A stretch of DNA of 64,000 nucleotides from Cetorhinus maximus (taxonomy: Eukaryota). How positions within the stretch are numbered: position 1 is the stretch's first letter; every line of letters begins with the position of its first letter. The notes under the pieces are model-generated. The model had not been told where the DNA came from, ran no database searches, and saw only the letters and a list, made by a program, of their open reading frames with translations. The position numbers and the translations under genes were made by a program. The stretch covers positions 119,226,001 to 119,290,000 of the forward strand of contig NC_135890.1 in the NCBI RefSeq assembly GCF_964194155.1, read 5' to 3'. Positions 12,671-26,180 of the stretch are shown one piece after another.

Positions 12671-13491
12671 GTGCCTTCTGGGATTCTGTTGCTTTAGACA
12701 AAGAGAACTCAGCTTCATTCCTTCTTTTGCTGGTTTCATTGACTGCTCACTTTTCATTGGACTGCTGTATTTTGCAATATCTCTACACTATGATGACAAA
12801 TTTGACCTTTAATGCATGAACTGAATCAGCTCCTGGTGAATTATGCCCAAATGATGTCAGATTCTCTTTTACAAAGCAGTCACTTAACAAGGTAACTTTC
12901 ATTTTAATGGAAGCAATTACCTAAATTTCTCTTCCATATTATCATCTCTCCCAAATCAATTCTAATCCTACTTGGACACCAAGGTAGGACACAGCTTATG
13001 TCACACAGATGCTGTCAAGTCCATGTTGTATGGCTCCACAGGAGGTACATTTACAACAATACCAAAGTAATTTCACCAAGCCAGCTTTCCTGCAGAATTT
13101 GAGAAAACTTCACTAAAACTGGAAAATATAACTTGACAGAGGATCCTAAGAAAAACTGCCTCAAGAGCAGCGTTAAAATTTGGGTTTTGTAAATGAAATC
13201 CAATATTACAGAGAGATAACTAGGAGGTCAAGTGGTTCATGTATCACATTTATACTCACGTACATTATAACCTCCTTCATCACCAAGTAACAGCACGCAA
13301 GAAAGCTAATTAAAAGTGAGCTTGGAAAAGCATCCTCTCATTCCATATTTTAAAAGGTGCTCACAATACACTTTGCTGCCTATATCACAGCCACAGTAAG
13401 AGTTAAAGGTACAGGAACTTTTTTAAAATAATGTTGCCTGGCAGCAGAAACTGTGGAGCTATTAGCTCATTTAAACAATCTCTCTCAAATT

Positions 13492-13492
<1 letters not shown>

Positions 13493-13522
<30 letters not shown>
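13493..13522 (+). repeat. (GA)15 microsatellite
   Basis: Perfect GA run. Confidence 0.95.
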
Positions 13523-13524
<2 letters not shown>

Positions 13525-14934
13525 CCACATTCTGTGGTGGTGGCCTGGTGGAAACATCAAATATAGTGGAGTAAATTTCACCAAAAGCTTAACTTGTTTT
13601 GAGGTCATGAGTTGACTTGTGCAACAGTTTACTAACCCTCAACATTAATAACTGGCAATGTGGGTAAGGTTGAGACAATGACACCTGGATCCTGCACTGA
13701 TCCACCGAGCATTCACATAGACTTTTCTTCCCGTCTTTCACTGTCATGCATTTTCTCCCACACCCACCTTCCCTTTCCCCAGTTGTTAAGACAGCAGTGT
13801 GAACTAAAATTTGCTCTTCAGCCACCATCAATGACACATTATAATCAGCTGGCCCAGAGATGCTATTCATCCAACATGCATTAATCAAAATCTGGTCAAT
13901 AATAAAGGAGCCCCCACATGCATATCCTCCTCAATATCTGTGCTGTTTCATTCAGAAGAACTGACAAGGCAAATGGAACTAAGTGAATGGAGAAAAGCAA
14001 GACTTCAACAGTTATCTTCTGTCTTGTAAATAGCATTTCTTACTGCTTTTAATGCTAGGCTAACTTCCTATCGAGCGCTAAACTGGATCCAGGTTTATAG
14101 TCAAGTAATTTTGCCAATGATTTTTATTTGAGCTGTAGGTTTGTTGGCTTTACTGTGCACATAGCAGTTTACAACTCTAAACATGCACTGAAGCAGGAGT
14201 CAGTAATGTCTAGAAAGTGTAGGATGCTAATTCAATGCAAAATAATTGTAACTGGAGCAAAGGTCACGTGCAAGTAATCAACTTCAGTATGTGTAACCCC
14301 AGCATGTGCCTGTGTAAACAAGTCTTTGGATTACTGTGGCTGCAGACTGAAAGGAAGACAAGCTGTTTACACTGTAGTAAGTGAACTATCAAACAATGAA
14401 GTACACAAACAGAAATGCAGCTACTGGTACAGACAGAAAAGACTGCCTTAGGCTTCTTTGAACTTTAAATGCAGTATTCTGTTGTAAACACAAATTCCTA
14501 CATGGAGCCGTTAATCATTTTACACATTTTTATTCCATCTGCTTATTTTTGTAAAATTAAACATTACATTTGGTTCTCAGAATATAATCAATGTGAAACA
14601 GACCTAATTGGCAATTTAAAAAAAAGTAAATGACAAGTCAAAACAAAATTGCATATTGTAATAGGAGCTTCTGTTACCAAAATAAGGGGCGGTGTGAACC
14701 CATTAGACATTGAATTCCCAGCTTGACAATTTGCATTGCCAATGGATATTATCACTGTTTGACATTGTCCTTAAAAGTAGATCCAGGGGGTATGTGCCAT
14801 CTACATGGACATATCTCTGCGTAAAATGGCAGTGACTATTATAATAGTATTCTGTGGGCACCTTAACTTCCCCAGTAGCTTAACTGAAGAGCAAGCTTCA
14901 GCACTGAAGCATTTTCAGCCCAAAATTGTTGCAT

Positions 14935-15229
14935 TGTGTGGTCGGGGTCTAGTTTGCGCGACGGGGGCAGGCGGGTTGGGGACTGTCTATTCTCCCAAAG
15001 TATGCTGCTCGAGTCTGTTATTTCTCAAACCCACTACTCTTTATTTAAAGCAAGTATTTACACATTTAGATCTCTACACAAGGTTGCAGCTTCTTCTCCT
15101 TCCAGATGTCTCTTCTCAGTCATGTGGTCTGACATTATTACATCAGCATCATGTATGCTTCTGATGTTAGCCCTTTACTCTACGTCACCCCCCATGTCTT
15201 TATCCACATCATATTTACATCCTCCTACA
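14935..15229 (-). mobile_element. 3' LTR of a Gypsy element (~295 bp)
   Basis: Minus strand reads TGTAGG...CCACACA with an internal AATAAA. Immediately preceded by a polypurine tract TTTGGGGAGAGG (15230-15241). Confidence 0.75.
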
Positions 15230-17955
15230 CCTCTCCCCAAAGTCTCAGACTTCACACGGTGTGAGGTGCCTTGACCAATCTCCCTGATCTCATTCTGTTC
15301 TCCTTTTGGGGTTCAGGGTATTCTATACTCTCCCTTCCGTCGGTGTGAGTGTTCTTCTCCTGGCTGCCTGTGTCGGTGTGAGTGTTCTTCTCCTGGGTGG
15401 CTGTGGGGCTTGTAGTAAGTCTTTCTTCTTCTTCTTCTTCATCAGCATCTGAGTAGTAAGCCCAAGTTTCAACTGGCTTTCCCTCCAAGGATATTAAGGA
15501 TCTGCGGTTTCTCCTCATGATAACCTGGTCTGTCTCAACCCTGTACGATCTTGGTTGTGGAGTTTTTTCAATGATTATGCCCGCCTTCTGTTGGTTTCGG
15601 ATCCATACCCTCTCCCTGGGCTTCAGCACTGGTAACTCACATGCTCCATGCCCGTGATTAAAGTCCTGAGCCTGGTTGCGTCTCTGTTCTTCCTCATGCT
15701 GTTTTACCCTCTCGTGGTCATTCATCATGATATTGGGTCTGAGTTTTGTTCCAGGCTGCTTATGGCAATTAGAAATCATTTCTTCTTTAGAGCAAGTACT
15801 GCCTGGCCACCAAATTTACACATGGCACCTTCAAAATTCCAGATGACCTTGTTGAAGTTTTTGAAGAATGTCATGCCAAATAACAGTAAGGTGCTTGTGC
15901 TGTTCAAAGTACTGCCGTAGTATCAGACTGGCGGGGATATAGTCTGGCCATCCTTCCAGACAATATTCTCGCATTTGAAGACAATTCTCATCTCATTTCT
16001 GGATTCGCTTTATTTCCTGCAACTTTCTTGCAGTAGCTGGTAAATGCTCAGTGATTAAGGACATATATGTTTCAACCTCCTTGATGGGGCGTACATCCTC
16101 TTGCTCAGTTTTTTCTGATGGTATTCGTGACAGTGTGTCCCTGCTGTTGTTTGACATTTTCCTTGCACACACTCTGTGATGGAGTCATATTTCATCAATC
16201 TTAATCTGAACTGCTGGATTCTGGGCGGCACCTTCACAATTTATTTCATGTTCAGAATGGTGACTAGAGATTTATGGTCTGTTTCAATTTTGAAACAAAA
16301 TCCATAACATAGTCTGAAAATATTTTACATATCCAAGCTGTTGCCAAATCTTCTTTTTCTATTGTGAATTATTGTTGTTTCATTTCTGTTACTGACCTAG
16401 AGGCATGGTAGACTGGTCTATGCTTGCCACCTCTCTGAACTTAAAACATTACCGCCCCAAACCGCTACAATGCCGGTAATTTTTGGGTTGTAATGTGCCA
16501 ATATTTCAGAAGAGATTAGAAGTTATTTAATCCTTTCAAAAGCCTTTTGCTGTTCCACTGTTGACCCTGTCTCAAAAGCTGTCTTAAGGGCTCGTTGACC
16601 TCTGCTAAATTCGGTAGGAACTTGCCTACTTGGTTCACCAACCCGGGGAATCTTTGAAGTGCAGTTATGTTCCTGGGTTGCAGAAATTCTCTTATAACTT
16701 TAGATTTTCGTGGATCAACTATGATTCCAGTGGATTGCACTACGTGACCTAGAAAATTGATCATGGGTTTGGCGAACTCACATTTTTCATTCAATGTTAG
16801 GTCTGCATCCTGTAAGACTCTCAGGACCACTCTGACCCTGCGATCATTCTCTTCTCTCATCGATCAGTATGTCATCCAAATGGCATATTACTCTTTCCAT
16901 ACCTTCTAAAGTGTTCAGACATTATTCACTGAAAAATTTCGGAAGCAGATGCTATTCCAAGGGCAATCTATTGAAACAATAATGACCGACTAGCATCATA
17001 AATATGGTCAGTGATCTGGATTATTTGTCAAACACAACTGCCAAAATCCACTCTTTGCATCCAATTTGCTAAATGAAGTGTTCTTGGCTAGTTTGGCGAG
17101 GTTCTCATCCACTGAAGCCATTGGGTAGATCTGTGTTCCACTGATTTGTTTTGTTGAGATAAATCCAAATTCTTATAGAGCCATTTGGTTTTAGGACCAT
17201 AAGCATACCTGAACATCATTTTGTTGGCTTGCTGACCGGTGAAATAACCCCTTGCCGCTGCACCGTTTCTGTTTCGATCTTGACTTTGTACGAAGGACTT
17301 TCCTCAGTGTAAAGAGGCAAACTGATTTAGCATCAGCTCGTAGGGTGACGTGATGCTCAGTCTTTAATTTCCTTAGCCCTGTAAACAACTTTGGGAATTC
17401 ATTTTGGAATATAGTGCTGTAATTCTCACTGGCAATGTCGTCCACCTTACAAATTAATTTTAGTTTTAAGCATGCTTTTCTGCTTAGTAGAGAGCACTCT
17501 TGATTTTTAATGTATGTCATTACATTAAATGTAATGAGAGGTTTGAGGATTTTTCGATCTTTATATTTCAGCTTCACCATGAGTTGGCCTTTCACTTTTA
17601 ATGTAATCCCCCCAGGACCCTGTAATTGGATAGACGCAATGTAATCTGTTTGAGCCATTTGACTTTCATAAAACAGAAACCCCTGCCCTTGTGACCAATT
17701 TAAATGGGGTGTCCATCCAATTCAAGTTTAACACACTAATGCTTGTTTTCAGGGTCATTCATCTCCCCTAGGAAGGTTAATTCCTGTTCTTGTGTTTCTT
17801 CCACTTCTTGTATGTGGCTCTGTTTTAGAATTTTCTCCTTTTTACAGGTTGTCAGTATTTCGAATGACAAACAACTTTGATGTGACCTATTTTTCCACAA
17901 TTGTGGCACTCTGTTCCCCCACCCCACCCTTTAGGCATTATTCTCATTTGTGTGA
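15230..17955 (-). mobile_element. Degenerate Ty3/Gypsy internal region (gag knuckle, protease, RT, RNase H, integrase C-terminus; integrase core largely deleted)
   Basis: CHNCGKIGHIKVVC (CCHC, ~17870-17910), FKLVTRAG (decayed DTGA), FSKLDAKSGFWQL, CHLDDILI, LNEKCEFAKPMINFLGH, PRSYRVETDQVIMRRNRRSL. Many frameshifts. Confidence 0.9.
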
Positions 17956-17957
17956 TG

Positions 17958-18322
17958 CACAGTGTGTACCATCTACAAGATGCACTGCAGCAATTCACCA
18001 AGTTTCCTTACACAGCACCTTCCAAACCGCAACCTCCACCATTTAGGACTGGGGCAGGGGATGCATGGGAACACCACTACCTGCAAGTTCCCCTCCAAGA
18101 CACAGGACATCCTGACTTGCAACTATATCGCCGTTCCTTCACTGTCGCTGGATCAACATCCTGGAACTCCCTCCCTAACAGCACTGTTAGTGGGTATAGC
18201 TACACCACATGGACTGCAGTGATTCAAGATGGTGGCTCACCAACATCTTCTCAAGGGCACTTAGGGATGGTCAATAAATGCTGGCCTAGCAGCAACGCAC
18301 AAATCCCATGAAAGAATTAAAC
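17958..18322 (+). mobile_element. 3' fragment of the LINE family seen at 26283-30270
   Basis: Co-linear with 28975-29110 and 30045-30270 (gtgtaccatctacaagatgcactgc...aataaatgctggcctagc...atcccatg). Confidence 0.85.
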
Positions 18323-20314
18323 AAATCAAAATGCTTCGGAATTTCACAACACTCTGAACGCATTTCTGTTTGTAATGATTTGGGAACGCCTCATTGGACC
18401 TATTTAAGACTAAAAATGCATTTGACAACATTTAAATCCGGATACCGCTTTTTCCAACACTGAAGTTGGAGTCAATAGGGTGAAATATTTGTTCAGTAGT
18501 ATTATTTCATGGCTTCATGTAGGGGGCGGGCAGGAGAAAAGAATTTTGAACGAAGATATACAATAGAGTGCCCTATAACCGGTCAGTGCAACAGTTGAAA
18601 TCAACATCGTTTTAAACAGGATTTAAGCTCTGTAATAATTAGCCGGTTCCTAGATATTATTATTGTAATAAATGGAGGGTGGTCTGCAAAAAACTGAACA
18701 AGCAGATTTAACTAATGATTCCCAGAAATAGGAAAATTACCAGAGACTAAACAAGAAGTGCCAATATATTCCTCTTTTATTTGGATGCAAATAATAAAGT
18801 TCCGGCAATTTTACAACTATTTTACAGTATTTCTACTTCAATCACGTAAAAACAAAACTTGAATTGATCTGCCACCTATCATACCCTCAGGAGCGTGCGA
18901 TGCCCTTTAAAACCAATGAATTACTTTTGAGGTGTCGTCACTGTTATTATGCAAAGGAAGGAAATTTGCTGGCAAGTGCACGTTTGTAAATAGCAGGTAA
19001 ATAGGGATTAGCTTTGGCTGTGATTGAAAACTTTATCAACACTCACTGACAAAGCCCATAGGCAAATAATGACTACTCAGGTGAGACACTGGAGGATTAC
19101 TGTCAGCCATGAAACTGCATCCCAAAACAAAATCATTAGCTTCAGCCTTTTGTGGCCAAGAGAAATCTTAAATTTTCTCATGCTAAATGAAATACAAGCT
19201 TGTAAGTTGACATTTTTCCACTTTATTCATTGGTTGGCTCTAATGTGTATTCTGGACTCTGCACTTCACAGACATTCCCCAGTATATTTAACAATTTATT
19301 ATGGGCATGTGTTATCCTGCAGCTTACACGACAGAAAACATGGTCTGAGGCTGCCAAGTGCTAAGGGGACCATGTGCACATTGATTAATTCTCAGCAACG
19401 CATCTCGATACATCGCTAATCAAGACAGCATACTGTTACAGCTACTGGTCTGTTAAAAAGGTCAGATGCAGTGTTTTTGCAAGTTCATCGCATCCACTGA
19501 TGCATTTTCATTTGGTAGATAATCTTCAGCCCTACCAGGAAAACATAATAAACACGAAAGGCCATGCACATAAGCAGTGAAAATAATCTATGTAATAAGG
19601 AGGAGTGTCACCAATGAGAGTTGAAGTCCTCCAACCTATCACTGCCACTGCACACTTACTATTTCTGCTATGGAAATAGTTTAGTAATTTAATTATAACA
19701 TCTCATTGTGCCAAGAACAGAGCAGTTGCAACAGCTTTCTGACCTGCTTTAGCCTTCTCAACACTGTTACTACTCATTGTGCTTTCTACAAGAGGCTATG
19801 CCAGGATTAGTTCAGCTCATTGTCAAAACAGTATTTTCCAGTCAGGCATCAAGAAAGCTGTTCCCAAATCATTACAAACAGAAATAAGGTTCAGAATGGT
19901 GAGAAACATTTGATCTTCTCTGTCATTACCACCCAGCATCTTAATGGTTTTCAACATCAAATAAAAATATGTACAACATACCAAAAATAAATGTTTATAA
20001 CAATGTTAGTCTGTATTGTTGATATTATAAAATTATCTCAAAGACCATTATTGTATTTTCAGCTTTTGAAAGCCATATTTAGACCCCAGGATCAGTACAG
20101 AAACAATTAATGACAACTGCACATTACATCAAGTGGTGTTAATTTTGGAAAACTGAGCATTGTGTGTTATTTCATCCACGTGAATCAGCAGTTTTGATTT
20201 TCATGTGTGAATTATTGATCCCATGGCCAGGAAAATTATCCACCGTGTCTACATCTAATTGCTGGTTTGGAGTATATTACACGGTAGTAATGCAATCAAG
20301 AGTTTCACGTGATG

Positions 20315-20389
20315 TCAAGCCACAGGAGCAAAGCATAAAGCCATTTGAACTATCAGACTGAATAGCAATTTTATAACAATCCAAACCTC
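20315..20389 (-). CDS. Candidate alternative terminal exon (EVWIVIKLLFSLIVQMALCFAPVA* in phase 0)
   Basis: Pyrimidine tract ttttctctctcagtctgtgtgtctgcatgtctataaccacAG| including TGCATG. Prediction only. Confidence 0.2.
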   Translation of the reverse strand, partial: EVWIVIKLLFSLIVQMALCFAPVA

Positions 20390-22100
20390 CTGTGGTTATA
20401 GACATGCAGACACACAGACTGAGAGAGAAAAATTAAAATCAAGCTTATTTACTGAAACACCCCAGTGCTCATGATAACTGGATTGATATTCTCTGACAGG
20501 AATGACAATAGGCAATAGGAATGTTTTTGCAAAGAATGCATACACAACTGACCAGGCACTGGAAATCATCACTTTCTGGTGTGTACTAAGGCACACAGGC
20601 CAAAAGGTGCTGCGTTTGATTCCTAGCTTGAGGTTCTACAATTGACCTGTAGAGTGACAACAGACAGTGTTCCCACTTCTGATCCTATAATTTCCGCTGG
20701 AGTAAATGTGGATGGGAATGAGGGCAAGGACATGGTCTGGTTTGTCTGTGCTGCCTTCTTCTTTCCTTAACAATCTAACTTTTCATTCTGCTCTTATGTG
20801 TGCAAGAAATAAACAGTGGAGTGAACTTGATGAAATTGGTTAAGAATGTTTGAGTATTCTAAAAGAGCATGCACATTATATTTATCCACATTCAAGCCCC
20901 ATGTCATTAATTTAGCACATGCAAATGTTGCATGTATAGACACAATCTTCTGCTGGCCTCACATTCAGGAAACTGATTACACAATCACTACAATGTGAAA
21001 TCATCAAGAAATAAAAACCTAGTGAGTCACTCGTTGGTTTTTGCATAATTTAATCTGCATGAAATATTTAAACCTGAACATAACATTTAACCATCGGATC
21101 AGACTGCAGTGTTTACTGAGCCATGCCCTCATCCTACAGAATTCCTACAGAATTTATCCAATACATCCGAACCCATCCCATCCAGTTGACTCTGTTCGTT
21201 ATTCACAAACGAGCACCAAAGATTTGACCCAACTACACAATAGTGTATAGCATGAAATGTTACGCTAGTAACAAAACGACCTTGTGCATCTGCTGTACTG
21301 AGTGGCAAGATCAGCATGGAGTTAGACCCACAACTCAGCACACAGAGCTCTCTGCTCCACTTGAATTGTTAAGAGGAGGAAGTAGCGGGGCAATGGTGCT
21401 AAACGGAAACCAAGCACTAACCTCTCTTCAGCTGGGGAAGTCACCTCAGGTCACGCTGAAATCACACACCTCAAGGCTGCTAGTTGAACAGCAGCAGAGG
21501 TAGAGACCTGGAATAAGGCCAGCTGCTTATTCTCTCAGCTAAAGGGAATGGAACGGCACAGGGACACCGTCATAGCAGCAAATCTTTTGATAATTAATTA
21601 AGAAGGAAATTTAAACATTCAACAATGGTATCCCTAATCAGATACACACAACAAATTCATGCCCCAGTCAAATCAATCCACCCTCTCTTTAAATTTTCAT
21701 CCCTGTGAATGCGTTGAATGCTGCTCTGCACCGAGTGCTGCAAGATAATTAACCAACTACTACCAAAATATCACACGATCGAGATGAAAATAATAACTAA
21801 TTTCTATTCATAACAGTTCCAGGAATGATATACCACTTATTTAAAGTTTGAGTGCTGCAGCTCAATGATTTCCAAATCCGCATCTCATCATCCTTACTGG
21901 CACAATGATAACAATTTTACAGTATTCTGCCAGATACCTAAATACAATTCCAGTCAATTAGTATAATGTCAGAGCTTTTTACAGGGAAGTTGATCCAGCA
22001 ATATTTTAGTGTTTTGATGGGCACTCCATGCCGGGCTGCTATAGAAACATCGCTCCCTTCTCTAAACCACATTTGAGCTTTCTTGTATAGCTTGACAGAA

Positions 22101-22198
22101 TCAGTTGATACCAGACTTCCCCACGTTGGTAAATGCAGTAAAAATTAACTGCTGGATATCTGACTTGGTTACAGCTGGCAAAGAAAGAGTTGGAGCGC
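22101..22198 (-). CDS. Candidate exon (GAPTLSLPAVTKSDIQQLIFTAFTNVGKSGIN* in phase 1)
   Basis: Acceptor ttatttttgtggttctagacttgattttctatAG|. Prediction only. Confidence 0.2.
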
Positions 22199-22433
22199 CT
22201 ATAGAAAATCAAGTCTAGAACCACAAAAATAAATAAGAGTGACTGAAACATGTAAAAATGTGGAATTTTCCAGAGGTGACGCAAATAGTTGTAGACTATG
22301 TCTCAGACCTTTTAATCTTCAAAGTTACAAGGGTAAGTCAGTTCCATCTGCTTCACCCACAAAGAATAAACAAAGAGCCAAAATAAAATTGCTAATTAAG
22401 AGAAACAATGTTTTTTTAATTCAACAACAGCAG

Positions 22434-22600
22434 CAAAAACAGAAAATGCTGGAAAAACTCAGTTCTAACAGCATCTGGGGAGAGAAAAGCAGAGTTAACA
22501 TTTCGAGTCTTAGTCAAACAGACTCGAAACATTAACTCCGTCTTTCTCTCCACAGATGCTGTTAGACCTAAGTTTTTCCAGCATTTTCTATTTTTGTTTC
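22434..22600. mobile_element. Palindromic short element of the hammerhead/Penelope-like family
   Basis: Arms aaaacagaaaatgctggaaaaact...gagttaacatttcgagtc and gactcgaaacattaactc...agtttttccagcattttctatttt form an inverted repeat. The CUGANGA core is deleted. Confidence 0.8.
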
Positions 22601-22649
22601 AAATATGACTTGCATTACTGATTAAGGTAGATACACAAACATAGATATG

Positions 22650-24360
22650 AATATACAAATTAGGAGCAGGAGTAGGCCATTTGGCCCATTGAGCCTGCTT
22701 CATCATTTGTTAAGATCATTGCTGATCTGATTGTGGCCTCAGCTCTACTTTCCTGTCTACACCCTATACCCTTTGACGCCCTTATCGATCAAGAATCTAC
22801 CTAATTCAGCCTTGAAAACATTCAATGACGATGCCTTCACTGCCCTCTGGGGAAGAGAATTCCACAGGCTAACGGCCCTTTGAGAGAAATAACTCTCACT
22901 CCTCCTTATTAAACTGTGCCCCCTAGTTCTCATCTCTCCCATAAGGGGAAACATCCTCTCAGCACCCACCCTGTCAAGTCCCTTCAGGATCTTACGCGTT
23001 TCAATAAGATCAACTCTCATTCTTCTAAACTCCAATGGATGCAGGGCCAGCCTGTCCAACCTTTCCTCATAAAATAACCCCTTCATCCTAGGAATCAGTC
23101 GAGTGAACTGCTTCCAATGCAATTGTATCCTAAGTAATGTAAAGAAAATATCATTCATCCAATATTACTGTGGGATACTGTGAAGCAGACTTGTGGGGGC
23201 TGTGTGAATCTTTTGTTTCTTTCTGTGCAATGTGTGTGTGTGACTAATTTAATTAAACTGAAGACAGTCAGGCTGCAAGGTTTAAATCATCAAAGGGATG
23301 GATGCAAAAGCAATCTTTTTGAAGTGGAGATGGACAAGCTAAGATGGGATATACATAACTACAATATGAATAGGAATTTGCATTTGGAGTTAAATGATTG
23401 AGTTGAATTTTTAGCTGTTGAATTTCAAAGAGTAATAAAAGGGAGTTTTACAGCTAGCAAAGATCATAAGTAAATAATTCAAAGCTATTAAGTTTATTTT
23501 TCCATAAAGATAACGTGAAAGATTTTTATATTCTGGGAAAGGTAACTTCCAAAGAAAGTTAAGAGCAATGGGTTTAAAGATGGAAGAGAAAAAACATTTA
23601 AGGAAAGACTGAAAGCTCTAAGGGGGAATGGCCACAGACCTGTGAAGGGAGCAGCCTTTAGCCACCCCAGAGAAGCATCCGGTTGTTCCAGAAAGCAAGG
23701 TTTTGTTACAAGCCTTGGATTTGCATTGTCGAGTGAGGGGGACAAAGAAGCCCTGTGAGATATCTCCCCTATAGCAACAGTGGGTACCTTGCGATAATAT
23801 TACTGGATGTATTATTGATTAAGAATATATAGGGACTGTTGCCTGGAAATGGTGTTTATTTGTGAGTCTAGCTAAGTAGAAATCTTCTGGGAAATGTGAG
23901 ACTAAATTTAACTGTAACTATAATCTTGTGTGGTTAAGTTTTTTTTGTTAATAAATGTTTTAATTTAATATTTTAAATCTCCAAAAGTGGTAATGGAATC
24001 TTTACTTCTGACTTCAATACACATACCTTCTCATAATAAAAATACAAATTGCAAATCATTGTGATAGTTTGACCAAGTCTCCCTTAGGGATTTGGTCAGC
24101 CCGGCAATTACCACCTGCCATATCATAACAGTAAGGAAACAAAAACTTACGCAGTACTTCAGGTGTGGTCTCACCTACGCTCTGTACAACTGTAGCAAAA
24201 CTTCCCTACTTTTATATTCCATTCCCCTTACAATAAACAACAACATTCCATTTGCCTTCCTGATCACTTGCTGTACCTGCATACAAACCTTTTGTTATTC
24301 ATTTATCAGAACATCTGAATCCCTCTGTACCGCAGAGTTTCGCAATCTTTCTCCATTTAT
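22650..24360 (-). mobile_element. CR1 LINE 3' fragment split by a solo LTR
   Basis: ORF 22757-23158 (FTRLIPRMKGL...WNSLPQRAV). Continues at 24131-24360. Confidence 0.9.
23138..24130 (+). mobile_element. Solo LTR, 993 bp, TSD GTAA
   Basis: TGTAAAGA...TCATAACA, with gtaa at 23134-23137 and 24131-24134. Excision restores the CR1 sequence. Confidence 0.85.
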
Positions 24361-24587
24361 GTATTGATGTATCCAGTGTTCATTTTATGTTGATCGCCAT
24401 TTGCTCAGATTTGGATTAAAACACAGTTCCCACAGACTCGATCCTCTCTCATTGCTAGAACTGTCTGGAGGGATGGCACAACCTGGCTCAGAGGCCATTC
24501 AATAGCTGCTGTGTATAGCTTTCTTCATATTGATGTGCAAGTCTTGCACAATGGAAACAACAGTAAATTTGTTATGGCCGCATTAAT

Positions 24588-25250
24588 ATAAGAACAGGAA
24601 TAGGCCATTTGGCCTGTCAACCCTGCTCCACCATTCAATTAGATCATGGCTGATCATGTACCTCAACAACACTTTCCTGCACTGTCTCCATGTTCCTTGA
24701 TGGCATTAGTCTGCAGAAGTCTATCAATTTCTGTCTTGAATGTGCTCAATGATTGAGCTTCCACAGGCCTCTGTGGAGAGAATTCCAAAGATTCGCCATC
24801 CTCTGAGTGAAGAAATTTCTCCTCACCTCAGTCTACCGCTACCCCTTATCCTGAGATTATGTCTCCTGGTTTTAGACTCGCTATTCAGGGGAAGCATCTT
24901 ATCTGTCATGCCCTGTAAGAATCTTGTAAGTTTCAATGAGGCCACCCTCATTCTTTTAAAACTCTTGGGAATACACACCTAGACTCCTCAATCTCTCCTC
25001 ATAAAACAATCCCGCCATCCCAGGGATTAATCAGGTGAACCTCTGTTGCATTCCCTCTATAGCAAGTATACCCTTCCTTAGATAAGTGGACCAAACCTGC
25101 ACACAATACTCCAGGCGATGTCTCAACAAGGCTCTATATAATTGCAGCAAGACATCGTTATTCCTGTACTCAAATCCCTTTGTGATGAAGGCCAACACAC
25201 CATTTTCCTTCCCAATTGCTTGCTGCACCTGCATGCTAGCTTCTAGTGAC
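24588..25250 (-). mobile_element. CR1 LINE 3' fragment
   Basis: Peptide LQLYRALLRHRLEYCVQVWS; tail near 24590. Confidence 0.88.
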
Positions 25251-25512
25251 TGTCAGAATCATATATCTCAAGACTGAAAGTTTTCTTTTACAAAATGGGA
25301 GGACACGGCATGATCTGGATGCTAACCTGGGATTTTTTTTAAGATCATAATCCACCTTGGAACTGTCGACAAGCAGGCCTCTTCCAAGAAATCACCTGAC
25401 TTATATGGTACTTGAGGAGTTGTTAGTTTGTGTTGAACTGCAAAGCGCTTTAATTAATGAAAAGCCGGGAGACAAAAAGCAATCACCTGGGGGGAAAACC
25501 TGCTTGTGAACC
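25251..25512 (+). mobile_element. Possible truncated LTR fragment
   Basis: Starts TGTCAGAA exactly where the CR1 similarity stops. No matching CA end or TSD found. Confidence 0.3.
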
Positions 25513-25514
25513 GG

Positions 25515-25616
25515 AAATAAAAACAGAAAATGCTGGAAAAACTCAGCAGGTCTGACAGCATCCGTGGAGAGAGAAACAGAGTTAACGTTTCGAGTCTGTA
25601 TGACCCTTCTTCAGAG
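25515..25616 (-). ncRNA. Short element with an intact minimal hammerhead-ribozyme core
   Basis: Minus strand: CTGAAGA-A-GGGTC-atacA-GACTC-GAAA-CGTT-AACTCTG (25614 down to 25577). The 5' strand of stem I is lost by truncation. Confidence 0.65.
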
Positions 25617-26180
25617 GATCAAAAGGATCTTGTCCTTGTGGACCACAACCTCTGGCTGTTCACCCTGGCCCAGAATGTCCTGCAGCTGCTCCGTAACATC
25701 CTTTACCCTGGCACCAGGGAGGCAACATACTATCCTGGAGTTATGTCTAGAGCCAAAGAAACACTTGTCTGTTGCAGCAAATCCCCTATCACGGCTGTTC
25801 TTCCTCTCTTCTTCACCACCACCAACCCCCACCGCCACCACCTGTGGTGCCATGGACTTGGCTCTGACTGCACTTCTCCGAGGAACCAACACCATCACCA
25901 GCATCCAAAACGCAAAATTGATTAGCGAGCAGGACCTCGGGGACTCCTGCACTAACCTGTCTGCTTCTCTTGGACTTCCTGGCAGTCACCCATTCCCTTT
26001 CTGCCCCATGCTCCTAACCTGTTGCATCCAAGTAGCTCTCAGCCTCTCAGATGCACCACAAAGAGTCCAGCTTCCTGCACATATGGTCATCTAGGTCACT
26101 GGTAGCGTCCACTACTTCGCACATACTACAGAACATGCATTTAATGCGACCGAGATGCCACAGCTTAACTTTACTTAACT
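25617..26180 (-). mobile_element. CR1 ORF1 fragment (zinc-finger and SGNH-esterase-like region)
   Basis: RIVCCLPGARVKDVTEQLQDILGQGEQPEVVVH, and KCMFCSMCEV near 26140. Confidence 0.8.
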
